Below are positions 48,725-58,063 of a stretch of DNA of 64,000 nucleotides, in pieces. Made by a program: the position numbers and the translations under genes. The notes beneath the pieces are model-generated. The model ran no database searches. It was given only the letters and a program-made list of their open reading frames with translations, and had not been told where the DNA came from. Source of the DNA: Acidobacteriota bacterium (lineage in GTDB: Bacteria > Acidobacteriota > UBA6911); contig OY761556.1 in NCBI GenBank assembly GCA_963664705.1, positions 2,528,001 through 2,592,000 on the forward strand, in the 5' to 3' direction. Numbering within the stretch: the first letter of the stretch is position 1; each line of letters starts with the position of its first letter.

Positions 48725-50227
48725 TTAAGCGGCGAGGGTCAGCAGCCTCTCGGCATGCTCAATCTCCCACCCGCAGATAAGATCGTTGATGCTCCCGGCT
48801 GCCTTCAGCTCGTTCAGCGAGCAGTCGCAATAGCGATCCACTTTCTCCCTCGGCAGCCGCAATGTTTCGCAGAGGCTCTCCCGATAGCCGCGATAAAACT
48901 CTTCCGCCCATTCGATCAGTTCCCTGCCCTCAAATTTTGCGGAGGCCTTCCTGAACTCAATGAGTTCCCTGTTCGCAAGCTTCAGGCTCTCCAGACGAAG
49001 AATTCTCGCAGCCCTTTGAATGTCCGGGCTTCCGGAGGTCGTCATATTGAGAGGCTGCAGGAACCGGTCGCCGCCTTCCCTTGCATTCAGGTTCTCGAAT
49101 GCCCTCGCCTCGTTCGGCGAGAGAATGCCCGCATTGATCCCAACAGCGTATGCGTTATACCGGGAGGCAAGGTCGCCGCGCAGCAGCGAGTCAACCAGGA
49201 ACTCCGCGAAATAGGTCTCCTTCCCCTCGCCGTTCAACGCAAAGATCAGGTCGCGGTAGATCGCCTGCTCCCAGCGCACGAGCCGGGACATGAGCGCGTC
49301 TGTTACATACTCGAGTGCCTGATGTTCGATGTTCGAGAACGTCGCCCGATCCAGGTCTCCGATCTTATGAGGCGGCACCCGGAAGATCGCCGCGATCTCC
49401 GCGCGGTTCAGCTTCCGCAATTCGAGGAATTGGGCATCCTGCATCGTCATGCTCATTTCCTTCCACTGCATTCCCTCTTCAAGGATCATGAAGCCGCCTG
49501 CTTTCCCGGTACCCTGGAATTTTTTGGAGATCGTCTCGCGAAGGTTCTGCTTTGCTTCCTTGCCAAGAGTGTTCGGATGAAGGAACACCCCACTCAGCCG
49601 GATCCCATTCTTAAAAGAAGAAGCCTGAAACTGCTGTGCAGACAACCCCAATCCGATCGTCTCTGAGTGCAGGCCGATTGTCGACAGTCCTGTGAGTCCG
49701 TTCAGCGAAAATCCGCGGAGATGAAATATCTGGTCCTGAGTAAGCTTCTCGGGCACCAGGTCCCTTTCCCGCCTGACCTCGTACATCATTGTTCCGTTAG
49801 TATTCCGATAGACGTTCATCATGCTGTCGGAGTCGATCGGCTCCAGCCTTTCGACGGGTCCGCGGTCGCCGACGATCCTCGCGTATGCGTTTCCCTTCAG
49901 CTCCAGTTGCGCCTGCATCAGCTGCCGGAACTCAAATGACGTCTGCCATCCGTTCGGCTCTGTCTTCAGCAGGTTGTAGAGGGGATGTTCCGTCGCCCTT
50001 TCCTTCCCGCCGTCAGGCATCCTTCGGTAGAGGATCAGCGGCAGTTTCGCCACATCCTCGCTCAGCAGGCGCACGCAGTCATAAACGGCGGAATTGCGCA
50101 TCGCCGCCTCGGAGCTGGTACCGCTACCGAGCATATAGGTGAAACCGCTCTGCGGGTCCGTGTACCAGAAATCATTCGTCGGATCCGGCGCCGAACTCGC
50201 CCGGATCATCCTTCCTATCAGCGTCAT
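48725..50227 (-). CDS. HK97-family portal protein
   Basis: PNGWQT.FEF, GNAYA, IAAIFRVPPHKIG..ATFSNIE. Confidence 0.96.
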   Translation of the reverse strand: MTLIGRMIRASSAPDPTNDFWYTDPQSGFTYMLGSGTSSEAAMRNSAVYDCVRLLSEDVAKLPLILYRRMPDGGKERATEHPLYNLLKTEPNGWQTSFEFRQLMQAQLELKGNAYARIVGDRGPVERLEPIDSDSMMNVYRNTNGTMMYEVRRERDLVPEKLTQDQIFHLRGFSLNGLTGLSTIGLHSETIGLGLSAQQFQASSFKNGIRLSGVFLHPNTLGKEAKQNLRETISKKFQGTGKAGGFMILEEGMQWKEMSMTMQDAQFLELRKLNRAEIAAIFRVPPHKIGDLDRATFSNIEHQALEYVTDALMSRLVRWEQAIYRDLIFALNGEGKETYFAEFLVDSLLRGDLASRYNAYAVGINAGILSPNEARAFENLNAREGGDRFLQPLNMTTSGSPDIQRAARILRLESLKLANRELIEFRKASAKFEGRELIEWAEEFYRGYRESLCETLRLPREKVDRYCDCSLNELKAAGSINDLICGWEIEHAERLLTLAA

Positions 50228-50412
50228 CGCTTGTCCTCAGGTTGCGCCAGTGTCTTCAGCGTGCCCACGGCATAAGGAATCCCGCAGCAGACGCCGAGGA
50301 AGATCAATGTCGCCGGCGGGTAAATTTCGTGCAGGCCGCACGCTATCAGCGCGACCGATGCGAGGCCCAGCAACTCGGCCGCAAGCTGGAACGGATTAAA
50401 ACGCTTCTTCAT
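50224..50412 (-). CDS. Small membrane protein between terL and portal
   Basis: Two hydrophobic segments, overlaps both neighbours. Confidence 0.7.
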   Translation of the reverse strand: MKKRFNPFQLAAELLGLASVALIACGLHEIYPPATLIFLGVCCGIPYAVGTLKTLAQPEDKR

Positions 50413-52063
50413 AAAGATCCTCGTCCGTGATAACTCCACGGTTGTCGTAGATTGAGCCCTTGTACTCCGGGGTCACGACAAGTCGCGCGATCGCATTGAT
50501 CATTGCCTGGATGCCATCTATGCGCCTCGAGGTCTTCCTCCTGTCTGGCTTCGACGGCTTCACGTTGTCCTGCTCGTCCTGCCTGACCGAGAAATTGTCG
50601 GCCATCCAGTTCAGGACGGGATTGTCGTTGTGCCGCAATTTGTGGTCGAGAATGAGCCGCAGCATCTCCTTGGTAGGAGCAGTCATCGACGCGTATCCCT
50701 GACCAAGTGGGACCATCATGAGTCCGTCATCCGTTAGGTTCTGGATGATCTGGGTTGCATTCCATCGGTCGTATCCGATCTCTTGGATGTCGTAAATCTT
50801 CGCGAGGTCATTCACGGTTTTCCGGATGAACTTGTAGTCCACCTGATTTCCCGGCGTCGTGTGGATCAATCCTTGAGTCGCCCAGAGATCGTACGTGACC
50901 TTGTCCCTCCTGGACCTCAGATGCAGCTCGTGCTCTGGCAGCCAGAAATGCGGGATCAGCAGGACCTCCCCGTCAACGGGGAACGCCAGCACAAGTGCGG
51001 TGATGTCCTGCGTGGCCGATAAATCCAGCCCAGCCAGGCAGATTCGTCCGACAAGGCTCGAAAGGCTAAAGGGCGCACCGCAGAGTCTCCACTGATCCAT
51101 CGGTATGTAGCGGATCTCCTGGCCCACCCACTGGTTCAGCCTCAGCCGGCGGAAAGAGTTCTGCTGGGAGGGATTGTTCTGCGCCTGCAGGAACTCCTCC
51201 CGGATTTTGTCAATCTGGAGATGATGGCCGAGCGATGGATTCGCTTTGTACCATCCGGTCGCCGGCGCCACACTCACGATCTCTGTAATCGTCTTCCGTC
51301 GGTCCTTCGGGTCCGGCTTTTTCCTCGGCTCGAATTGTTCGGGCTGCCCTTCGTATGTCCAGTCCTCCTTGTCGTCGAGCCCGTAAATCACGGGGTAATA
51401 GCTCGGGTCCTGCAGGATGCCTTCGCGTACCTGGCGGGCATAGTCGTGCTGTTGTTCGCAGATTGGGCTCTCTCCTGTGATCCCGGCTGTGGTAATGGCA
51501 AACAGCAGAGGTTGCGACCTGGTGGCCATCCCGTACTTGAGCACGTCCCACAGATCCGAATTCCTTTGCCTGTGTAGCTCGTCGAAGACGGCGATGTGCG
51601 GATTGATCCCGTCCTGCGTGCCTGCATCGGCCGATATCGCGCGCAGGAAGCTGTTCGGGTCCCCGCGCTTCATGATCGTCTTCGTCGAATCGATGATCCG
51701 GCACATGGCATTCAGTTTGGGATTGTTCCGGACCATCTGTGCTGCAACCTTGAATCCGATCGAGGCCTGGTCGCGCGAGGCGGCTGCGAAGTAGACCTCG
51801 GCGCCTGGCTCGTCGTCGAGAAGTAATCCGATCAGCGAAATGCCGGCCGCCAGTTCGGTTTTCCCGTTCTTCTTTGGGATCTCGACATAGGCTGTTGTGT
51901 ACTGGCGCAGGCCGTTGCTACGGACTGTGCCGAAGACGTCGGAGACAACCTTGATCTGCCAATCGAGCAGCTCAAAATATTTTCGTGCGTAGATGCCCTT
52001 CGTATGGGTGAGCATCCGCTCAAAAAAGCGAATGGCAATCGTTGCCTTTTGTTCATCGAACAC
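50396..52063 (-). CDS. terL: Terminase large subunit
   Basis: PKKNGKT Walker A, FDELH Walker B, ITTAG, GLDLS, RIDG; GTG start 52063. Confidence 0.96.
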   Translation of the reverse strand: MFDEQKATIAIRFFERMLTHTKGIYARKYFELLDWQIKVVSDVFGTVRSNGLRQYTTAYVEIPKKNGKTELAAGISLIGLLLDDEPGAEVYFAAASRDQASIGFKVAAQMVRNNPKLNAMCRIIDSTKTIMKRGDPNSFLRAISADAGTQDGINPHIAVFDELHRQRNSDLWDVLKYGMATRSQPLLFAITTAGITGESPICEQQHDYARQVREGILQDPSYYPVIYGLDDKEDWTYEGQPEQFEPRKKPDPKDRRKTITEIVSVAPATGWYKANPSLGHHLQIDKIREEFLQAQNNPSQQNSFRRLRLNQWVGQEIRYIPMDQWRLCGAPFSLSSLVGRICLAGLDLSATQDITALVLAFPVDGEVLLIPHFWLPEHELHLRSRRDKVTYDLWATQGLIHTTPGNQVDYKFIRKTVNDLAKIYDIQEIGYDRWNATQIIQNLTDDGLMMVPLGQGYASMTAPTKEMLRLILDHKLRHNDNPVLNWMADNFSVRQDEQDNVKPSKPDRRKTSRRIDGIQAMINAIARLVVTPEYKGSIYDNRGVITDEDLYEEAF

Positions 52064-52065
52064 GA

Positions 52066-52542
52066 TCAGCCAAGCAACTCTTCGCGAAGGGAAGGCCCTT
52101 GCGGCTTGTCTGTTTTGATGCGCGTCCTCGAAGTTGGGTCGAGGCCCAGGAAGGCGCCGTACTTCACGACGTCTGCCATCGAGCGATTGGCAATTCCAAG
52201 CCAGGGGTTCTGGATCCAGTTTCCCTTTTCCGTCATGATCACTTCCGGATCCTGGTTGCCTCCCGCGGCCAGCTCGTTCAGTTTGTGCTTTGCCTTCACC
52301 CAGATTCCCCAGGCGTGGCAGTAGCCGGCCATGTTTCCGCGGTCCGAGGTGGCCAGAGTTCCCATTGCCCGAAGCTCCTCGACCAGCCACTTCCAACATT
52401 TCCGTTCTTCGCCGCGCAGTTCCCTCGGGCATGGAGGCGCGTCGCTCTTTGGTACCGGCTCATTCTCCGCGTGGATTGTCCGGTGCTCCCGGTTTCCTTC
52501 GATCAGACGGAGAGGTGTCGGTTTCGGCTTGCGGCCTTTCAT
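52066..52542 (-). CDS. terS: Terminase small subunit, P27 family
   Basis: GRKPKPT.L..IEGN, NP, LGLDPTSRTRI. Confidence 0.93.
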   Translation of the reverse strand: MKGRKPKPTPLRLIEGNREHRTIHAENEPVPKSDAPPCPRELRGEERKCWKWLVEELRAMGTLATSDRGNMAGYCHAWGIWVKAKHKLNELAAGGNQDPEVIMTEKGNWIQNPWLGIANRSMADVVKYGAFLGLDPTSRTRIKTDKPQGPSLREELLG

Positions 52543-52922
52543 TTACCTCCGCCCATCATCGCGCCCAGTTTGCGTTCCTTCTCGATTTTGGCTTGGCGGA
52601 GTCTATGTCGCTCTTCGAGGCCTGCCAGGTCGGCCGCGATCGCCAGGCATGTCTTGAAATCGTTCAGGCTGAAGCTCTTTTGATAGAGGTGTTTCCTCAT
52701 TCGCACGTGGTACGCGAAGGCCTTCTCCTCGTCCACGCCGGCGTCGGTCACCCAGCGCTCCACCATCTGCGCGTAGGCTGCGTTGATCTCATCCGCAGTC
52801 GGCGCCGCCAGGCCGCTTGCCTGGAATTGGCGCGCCAGTTCCATCTCGATGATCGCTCTGGTGGCTCCCTTCAGGAGGGCGCTCTCGATCATTCCCTCGA
52901 GCTCCTGCTCACTTGTTGGCAT
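52539..52922 (-). CDS. Hypothetical helical protein
   Basis: 127 aa, overlaps both neighbours. Confidence 0.7.
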   Translation of the reverse strand: MPTSEQELEGMIESALLKGATRAIIEMELARQFQASGLAAPTADEINAAYAQMVERWVTDAGVDEEKAFAYHVRMRKHLYQKSFSLNDFKTCLAIAADLAGLEERHRLRQAKIEKERKLGAMMGGGK

Positions 52923-53529
52923 TGATCAGTAGCTCCTCGAACCAGCCCTTATAAAAGTCGTATAGCTCCCGGCTCGGCGTGATGGTCGTCTGCTCAGTCC
53001 GGGGATTCGTTGTGAAATTGGCTGATCCCTCGGCCACCGCCCAGAATTGTTTCGCATGGTTCTCCACCAGGAGCAGCTTGCAGTGGTTCTTAAACATCCG
53101 CATCCGGCCGCCGTGCTTGGCGACAACCTTCAGCAGGGTGGCGTAGACGGAGGTCTCTCTTTTGGCGAAGTACTCTCCGGTGAAAAACGTTATTTTCTTT
53201 ATCAGTCCGTCTTGCAGGTACCGGTCCAGCAGCTCACAGTCCTGACGGCTCATGGTCCAGGTGCTTCCGTAGAAGTCATCGAAGGGTCCGTGCCGCTCGA
53301 TCAGCATCGTCAAAAACGACACCGCGTCCACGTCTCCTGCGGAGATGAAGTGGTACGAGTGTCCGGCCTGAAGCTCCGGGAAAACGTTCCGGAGGTTCTT
53401 CTCTCTGGAGACTCGCAGCATTTCCATCTTTGCGATGTGGATTGCTTGCGCCGCGGTCGGCGGAACGTCATCGATCTGGTCATCGACGGCCGCCTCCAGG
53501 AACAAGTCGTTCGTGTCAAAGAATCCCAT
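52909..53529 (-). CDS. Phospholipase D-superfamily (HxK) nuclease-like protein
   Basis: NHCKLLLVE...EGSANFT..PRTEQ. Confidence 0.75.
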   Translation of the reverse strand: MGFFDTNDLFLEAAVDDQIDDVPPTAAQAIHIAKMEMLRVSREKNLRNVFPELQAGHSYHFISAGDVDAVSFLTMLIERHGPFDDFYGSTWTMSRQDCELLDRYLQDGLIKKITFFTGEYFAKRETSVYATLLKVVAKHGGRMRMFKNHCKLLLVENHAKQFWAVAEGSANFTTNPRTEQTTITPSRELYDFYKGWFEELLINANK

Positions 53530-53533
53530 CAGT

Positions 53534-54865
53534 TTACCTGGTCCGCTCGATCCGGATCTCATGGAACGTCCGGCCGTCATCTTCCAGTCTGGCTGCCTGG
53601 CCTGTGAAGTTCTGCCACCGGGTGATGATCACGTCGATATACTTCGGGTCCAACTCCATGCTGTGGCAGATCCGGTTTGCGCGCTCGCTCGCGATCAGCG
53701 TCGACCCAGATCCCCCAAACAGGTCGAGGACTATGTCCTCAGCCTTGCTGCTGTTCATCAGGGCGAAGCTAATCAGCTCAACCGGCTTCTGCGTCGGATG
53801 GACGTATTCGGCCACAGGGTCTCGCTTCATCGTCCAGACGGTCGACTTGCCTTCGGCCTCCAAGCGCTTCATTCGCTTTGCCCAGTTCAGGAGTTCCTGC
53901 TCCGTTTTCTGGAAATCCCACACGGTTGCCCTGGTGCGGTCTCCGTAAAAATGCGTGCTCTGCTTCTTTTTGCCGGCGTAGAAGAACGGCTCATGTTTCC
54001 ATCGGTAATCGCCCCACCCCAAGGCCGCCATGGGTTTGTTCCAGATGAGCTGGTTCTTGATCTCGAAATCGTTCACCTGGAGGGCGTTCTCGAACTCCTT
54101 CTGGGTCCGGCTCGCATGAAAGACGTACATGCCGGCGCCAGCCTTGGTGGCCTCGGCATAGCTTTTGAAGGCTGCAGTCAGGAATTTCTGAAATTCTAGA
54201 ACTTCGAGATTGTCGTTCTCGATTTTGTTGCTGGTCTTCTTTCCCCGTCCCTCGTAATTGATGTTATAGGGCGGGTCCGTGAAGACCATATCTGCCTTCT
54301 GCCCATCCATCAGGCGCGCGACATCGTCTCCGCTGGTAGCGTCCCCGCAAACAAGCCTATGCCGGCTGAGCAGCCACAGATCACCGGCCTGACTGGCTGC
54401 CTTTTCCGGCACCGGCGGAACTTCGTCCGGGTCCGTATTGCCGGCCGTTTCAACGGTGGAAAACAGGCCGCTCAGCTCGTCGCGGTCGAAGCCGATCAGG
54501 TCGATATTGTATCCGCTGTCGCGGAGGTCCATCAGCTCAAGGGTCAGCAGCTTTTCGTCCCAGCCGGCGTTCAAAGCCAGCTTGTTATCGGCCAAAATAT
54601 AGGCTTTTACCTGCGATTCTGAGAGGTTTTCGAGGGTTATGCAGGGCACTTCTGCCCATCCCAGTTTTCTGGCTGCCAGCACTCGTGCGTGGCCGGCGAC
54701 GAGTCCCTTTTTGCTATCGATCAGAACGGGGTTGGTCCAGCCGAACTCCTTTAATGACGTGATGATCTGGTTGATCTGGGCTTCCGAATGCGTACGCGCA
54801 TTGCGTGCATATGGAACCAGCTCCTCAATCGGTACCATTCGCACTTGGCGAGTGACGTCTGGCAT
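53534..54865 (-). CDS. ParB-fused N6/N4 DNA methyltransferase
   Basis: NARTHS, AGHAR, DPPY, HPTQKP, DLFGGSGST. Confidence 0.93.
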   Translation of the reverse strand: MPDVTRQVRMVPIEELVPYARNARTHSEAQINQIITSLKEFGWTNPVLIDSKKGLVAGHARVLAARKLGWAEVPCITLENLSESQVKAYILADNKLALNAGWDEKLLTLELMDLRDSGYNIDLIGFDRDELSGLFSTVETAGNTDPDEVPPVPEKAASQAGDLWLLSRHRLVCGDATSGDDVARLMDGQKADMVFTDPPYNINYEGRGKKTSNKIENDNLEVLEFQKFLTAAFKSYAEATKAGAGMYVFHASRTQKEFENALQVNDFEIKNQLIWNKPMAALGWGDYRWKHEPFFYAGKKKQSTHFYGDRTRATVWDFQKTEQELLNWAKRMKRLEAEGKSTVWTMKRDPVAEYVHPTQKPVELISFALMNSSKAEDIVLDLFGGSGSTLIASERANRICHSMELDPKYIDVIITRWQNFTGQAARLEDDGRTFHEIRIERTR

Positions 54866-54879
54866 AAAATGACCCCACT

Positions 54880-54962
54880 TCTAAAAAAGCGAAAGTTTAC
54901 GGGAGGGTGTGCGCCCGGTCTCGGCACCTTTTCTCGTAGAGATTTGACCCGCCCCTACCCCT
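54880..54962 (-). other. Candidate cos packaging region
   Basis: GGGGTAGGGGCGGGTCAAATCTCT...GACCGGGCGC on minus strand between HNH and terminase genes, as recalled for HK97-like cos phages. Confidence 0.55.
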
Positions 54963-54983
54963 GCTGAGTCGATTCTATTTTCG

Positions 54984-55163
54984 TTACGCTTCCCGCTCGC
55001 TATTCAGCAGGTCTACCTTGACGTTCTTTCCGAACTCCGGACAATCCATAATGTGATTGCTGACCGGGATCTGCAGCCGTTTTCGGCAATACGGACAGAT
55101 CGCTATGCATGGGGAGAATCTCTTGAGAGAGTCTCTAAGCCACGACCTCAAACTTCTCCTCAT
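54984..55163 (-). CDS. Small Zn-finger-like protein (59 aa)
   Basis: Manual translation with CPYC...H...C. Confidence 0.45.
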   Translation of the reverse strand: MRRSLRSWLRDSLKRFSPCIAICPYCRKRLQIPVSNHIMDCPEFGKNVKVDLLNSEREA

Positions 55164-55229
55164 ATGGTTTCGTCAATGCTCCTCGAGTGCTAACCCAAAT
55201 TTAACTAACGCTTCGGGACCGCGCTGGTG

Positions 55230-55421
55230 TTACATGGTTCTCCTCATTGCCTGCAGCTCAGCGTTCTCACGCCTGAGTTCCTCTATGTTCTCAATCAGCC
55301 GGTCAATGATCCGGCCCTGCGTTTCCTCAAACTTAGTGAAGGGTTTGCCGCATGCGTTGCAGTGGTAGATCGACATCAGCTCGATTACCTTCTTGGATTT
55401 GCAGTGTGGGCAGGTTGCCAT
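55230..55421 (-). CDS. Zn-ribbon plus coiled-coil protein
   Basis: CPHC...CNAC; GGAGG RBS. Confidence 0.6.
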   Translation of the reverse strand: MATCPHCKSKKVIELMSIYHCNACGKPFTKFEETQGRIIDRLIENIEELRRENAELQAMRRTM

Positions 55422-55753
55422 CTGCCGTCCTCCGTCGCAGTCTTGCGCGAATGGCATGGTTTGCACAGCGACTGCCAGTTGCTCAGATCCCAGAACAGCT
55501 TCATGTCGCCCTTGTGCGGGATGATGTGATCGACCTCTGCCGCGAGTGCGTTGCACCCGACACACCAGGGATGCTCGATCAGCCAATCATCCGATGCCTC
55601 GCGCCATTTCTGTCCGTAGCCACGATGCGCGGAGGATCCCCTTTTCTGCTCATACTCGCGTGTAACCTTTTTCCGATGCCCTGCGCATCTGGATTTGTCG
55701 CTGAGTTTCCCGCAGCCGGGATATGTGCACGGATAAGGATGCTTCCAGGGCAT
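55385..55753 (-). CDS. HNH endonuclease (HK97 gp74-like)
   Basis: RGY..W, CVGC, VDHIIPH, NWQSLCKPCHSRKT. Confidence 0.93.
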   Translation of the reverse strand: MPWKHPYPCTYPGCGKLSDKSRCAGHRKKVTREYEQKRGSSAHRGYGQKWREASDDWLIEHPWCVGCNALAAEVDHIIPHKGDMKLFWDLSNWQSLCKPCHSRKTATEDGRWQPAHTANPRR

Positions 55754-55972
55754 TCAACTTGCTAGTGCACGCATGAGCGCGTCATGGAAGTGACCCCATG
55801 TCCATCTCGGATCCGAGTGGTAGATCCGTGCGACTCTCTTGTCACTCAGCAGTATGTCTCGGTTAAGGAATACAGGAACTGCCATTCGGTACGGCTTGCC
55901 TGCCTGCACCGAATAGAATGGATGCTTCTTGTCTTCAAGATAAGCACGGCGGATGTCGATCTCGCTGCTCAT
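55754..55972 (-). CDS. Hypothetical phage protein
   Basis: 72 aa, coupled to neighbours. Confidence 0.6.
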   Translation of the reverse strand: MSSEIDIRRAYLEDKKHPFYSVQAGKPYRMAVPVFLNRDILLSDKRVARIYHSDPRWTWGHFHDALMRALAS

Positions 55973-56325
55973 GCTGACACTCCGTATTCAGCGGCCATCT
56001 TTGTGATCGATTCGCGGATCGCCGGCAGGTTTGGTTTCATGACCTTCAATGGCCGCTGCCGCAATGCCTCGAACCTCTCCTCGCCAAGCTGCCGCCGCTT
56101 CCATTCAGCGTGGATCAGAGGATGAGTATCGAGATACTGATGGCACCTGGCGCACATCACTTCACAGTTCTCAGGATCGAATCGCGTCGACTTCAGACGC
56201 CGGCTGTGGAAATGCGAGCACTGCAATTCGAGGAATGAGAATCGCCCACCGCAATAGACGCATCTCGAGTGCGCCTGACCTCGGACCAGGCGCGAGAACA
56301 TCCCGTCGAGACCGTGGATATTCAT
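55969..56325 (-). CDS. NinG/Rap-like nuclease
   Basis: FSRLVR..CVYCG..CSHF.SR....RFD..N...CARCH. Confidence 0.82.
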   Translation of the reverse strand: MNIHGLDGMFSRLVRGQAHSRCVYCGGRFSFLELQCSHFHSRRLKSTRFDPENCEVMCARCHQYLDTHPLIHAEWKRRQLGEERFEALRQRPLKVMKPNLPAIRESITKMAAEYGVSA

Positions 56326-56666
56326 GCAGTCCTGCTGCTCTTCACTTCGCCCACGATCTGTCCCGCACGGACTTTGCTCAGCCGGATGTCTTCGATCTCA
56401 GCCGCCTTTCCCTGGCATTGACGACAGCAGCACAAACACCATCGAGGCCCAGACAGATCCTTGCCGAGCAGGTGCCGAAGCCCTTCCGTGATCGCATCGT
56501 TCTCAGGATCGAGGAACTCATAGATGCGCTCCGACAGGAGGTTCTTGTTCTTCTTCAGCAGCCCGAGCTTGCGCAGAGTCATGAAAACGCTCAAAGGCAC
56601 GCGTATCTCGTGGCCATCGGGAGTCAGGAGCGGATGGCCCCATTCCAATGCAGTTGCTTGTGTCAC
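56322..56666 (-). CDS. Hypothetical phage protein
   Basis: 114 aa, Cys-rich, coupled to ninG-like gene. Confidence 0.6.
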   Translation of the reverse strand: MTQATALEWGHPLLTPDGHEIRVPLSVFMTLRKLGLLKKNKNLLSERIYEFLDPENDAITEGLRHLLGKDLSGPRWCLCCCRQCQGKAAEIEDIRLSKVRAGQIVGEVKSSRTA

Positions 56667-56940
56667 TGGTATCCCTGTTCCAGGTAGGGTGATATTGGTT
56701 GGTTGCAGCGGATAACGCTGCCTGTGGTTACTTCACTGTTCCCGTCATTTCCCCGATAAGGACCGGCATCCTCGGCAGAACGCCGATCCGCATTGAGGAG
56801 AAATCCGAATAGCATGAGAAAGCACTACAAATACATAAGACTCATCTAGTAGGCATCGGGTCAAGGCAATTGGATGTTGCTGGTGTGATTCTGTGAATTT
56901 GCTGAAGTTTATTGTGTTTTATTACATAGAGGAGACTCCG

Positions 56941-57180
56941 ATGACTATTCGAGAAGACTTACTCAAATTGGATCAGAATCTGAAATCGCACATAGATGCG
57001 ATGCAAGAGGTGCGCGCAAACATCGCGAAGACGCTCTCGCCGATCGACCAGAAACCGCCGCGGCCGCTCGCTGCGGCCATGAAGAATCCCGCTGCCATCA
57101 AGCCTGCCCCGAACGGTGATAATCGGGTCCGCATTAAAGCTCTTCTGGGGAGAATAACAAACCGATGCATGGCGCTGTGA
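56941..57180 (+). CDS. Small hypothetical protein
   Basis: GAGGAG RBS, AT-rich upstream region. Confidence 0.6.
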   Translation: MTIREDLLKLDQNLKSHIDAMQEVRANIAKTLSPIDQKPPRPLAAAMKNPAAIKPAPNGDNRVRIKALLGRITNRCMAL

Positions 57181-57359
57181 TCGCCATCCGGCTGAATCTC
57201 ACGCGGACCGCCATAGCCCACCATATCCACCGGCACAGGAAAGAGCTCAAGCTGGCCGGAAGCGGAACTGCTTTTAATGGGCACTCGTGAAATCAGCGGG
57301 GAAGTAGTGGCTATGCTGGAAAGAGAGCCGGTTCGGAGGAGTAATCCGGCCCTCAACTC

Positions 57360-57548
57360 CTACATTCCAGTTGGATCCGCTTATTTTTGCGGATTATTAC
57401 GTCCATAAGCGTAGGCATTCCAGCTTTGCGCATCATCAATAGTGGCACCGGTATCGGCCGGGTCCACGGAAAGGAATCTTCCTTGTGGTGAAGAAAAGTA
57501 TCTCGCACCGAAGAAGTCCAAGCCTGTTTCGGCATCCCGTTCTTTGCC
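57360..57548 (-). pseudogene. Orphan Rhs core remnant
   Basis: GKERDAETGLDFFGARYFSSPQGRFLSVDP...QSWNAYAYGRNNPQK*ADPTGM* with in-frame stops. Confidence 0.9.
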
Positions 57549-57584
57549 GGAAATTGCTGACGCAATAAACCGGAAAGGATTGTA

Positions 57585-58040
57585 CTACTTATGCTTAGCC
57601 GAGAATTCTTTGACGTTCAGTACCTTTTGAAGAATAAATTGATTTTTCCACAAATCCGACGCTAGTTTTTTATCTCCAATTGTCTTTTTCCCGTTCTTTA
57701 GTTGGTAAATTGAGTCAAATTTTCCTCGAAGTGTCACGCCAATTTTGACATTCTCACCCGATAGTAAACGCAGAGACCACAACTCATATTTCTGATATTC
57801 CGCATCTCTTTCCAGAGTAAATGCAGGTTTGGGTTCAGCCTTTTCCGGACTCAATAGCGGTATACAGTGCTTATATTTTTCATCGCATATGCTCATTCCG
57901 TGATATTCATGAAGGAGGAAGCCTTGAACCGTCACAATTCTATGTGAAAACTCATATGGATTACTTACCAATTGCACGACAGAACGTGTGTTTTCGATAA
58001 TCTGACCAGTTAGCTGGCATAACAAAATAATCCAGAGCAT
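57585..58040 (-). CDS. Putative exported immunity protein of the second Rhs
   Basis: Directly downstream of toxin, GGAGG RBS, hydrophobic N-terminus, AT-rich. Confidence 0.75.
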   Translation of the reverse strand: MLWIILLCQLTGQIIENTRSVVQLVSNPYEFSHRIVTVQGFLLHEYHGMSICDEKYKHCIPLLSPEKAEPKPAFTLERDAEYQKYELWSLRLLSGENVKIGVTLRGKFDSIYQLKNGKKTIGDKKLASDLWKNQFILQKVLNVKEFSAKHK

Positions 58041-58063
58041 TCCTCCTCCATTCTGATTTTATG

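Noticed and set aside
51270-51360. Charged insertion in TerL as an intein
   Set aside because: About 30 aa with no intein terminal motifs; probably a loop.
52064-52432. 123-aa N-terminal extension of TerL
   Set aside because: Overlaps terS in another frame; GTG 52063 fits better.
57353-57565. 70-aa minus-strand ORF
   Set aside because: Alternative frame of the Rhs-core pseudogene.
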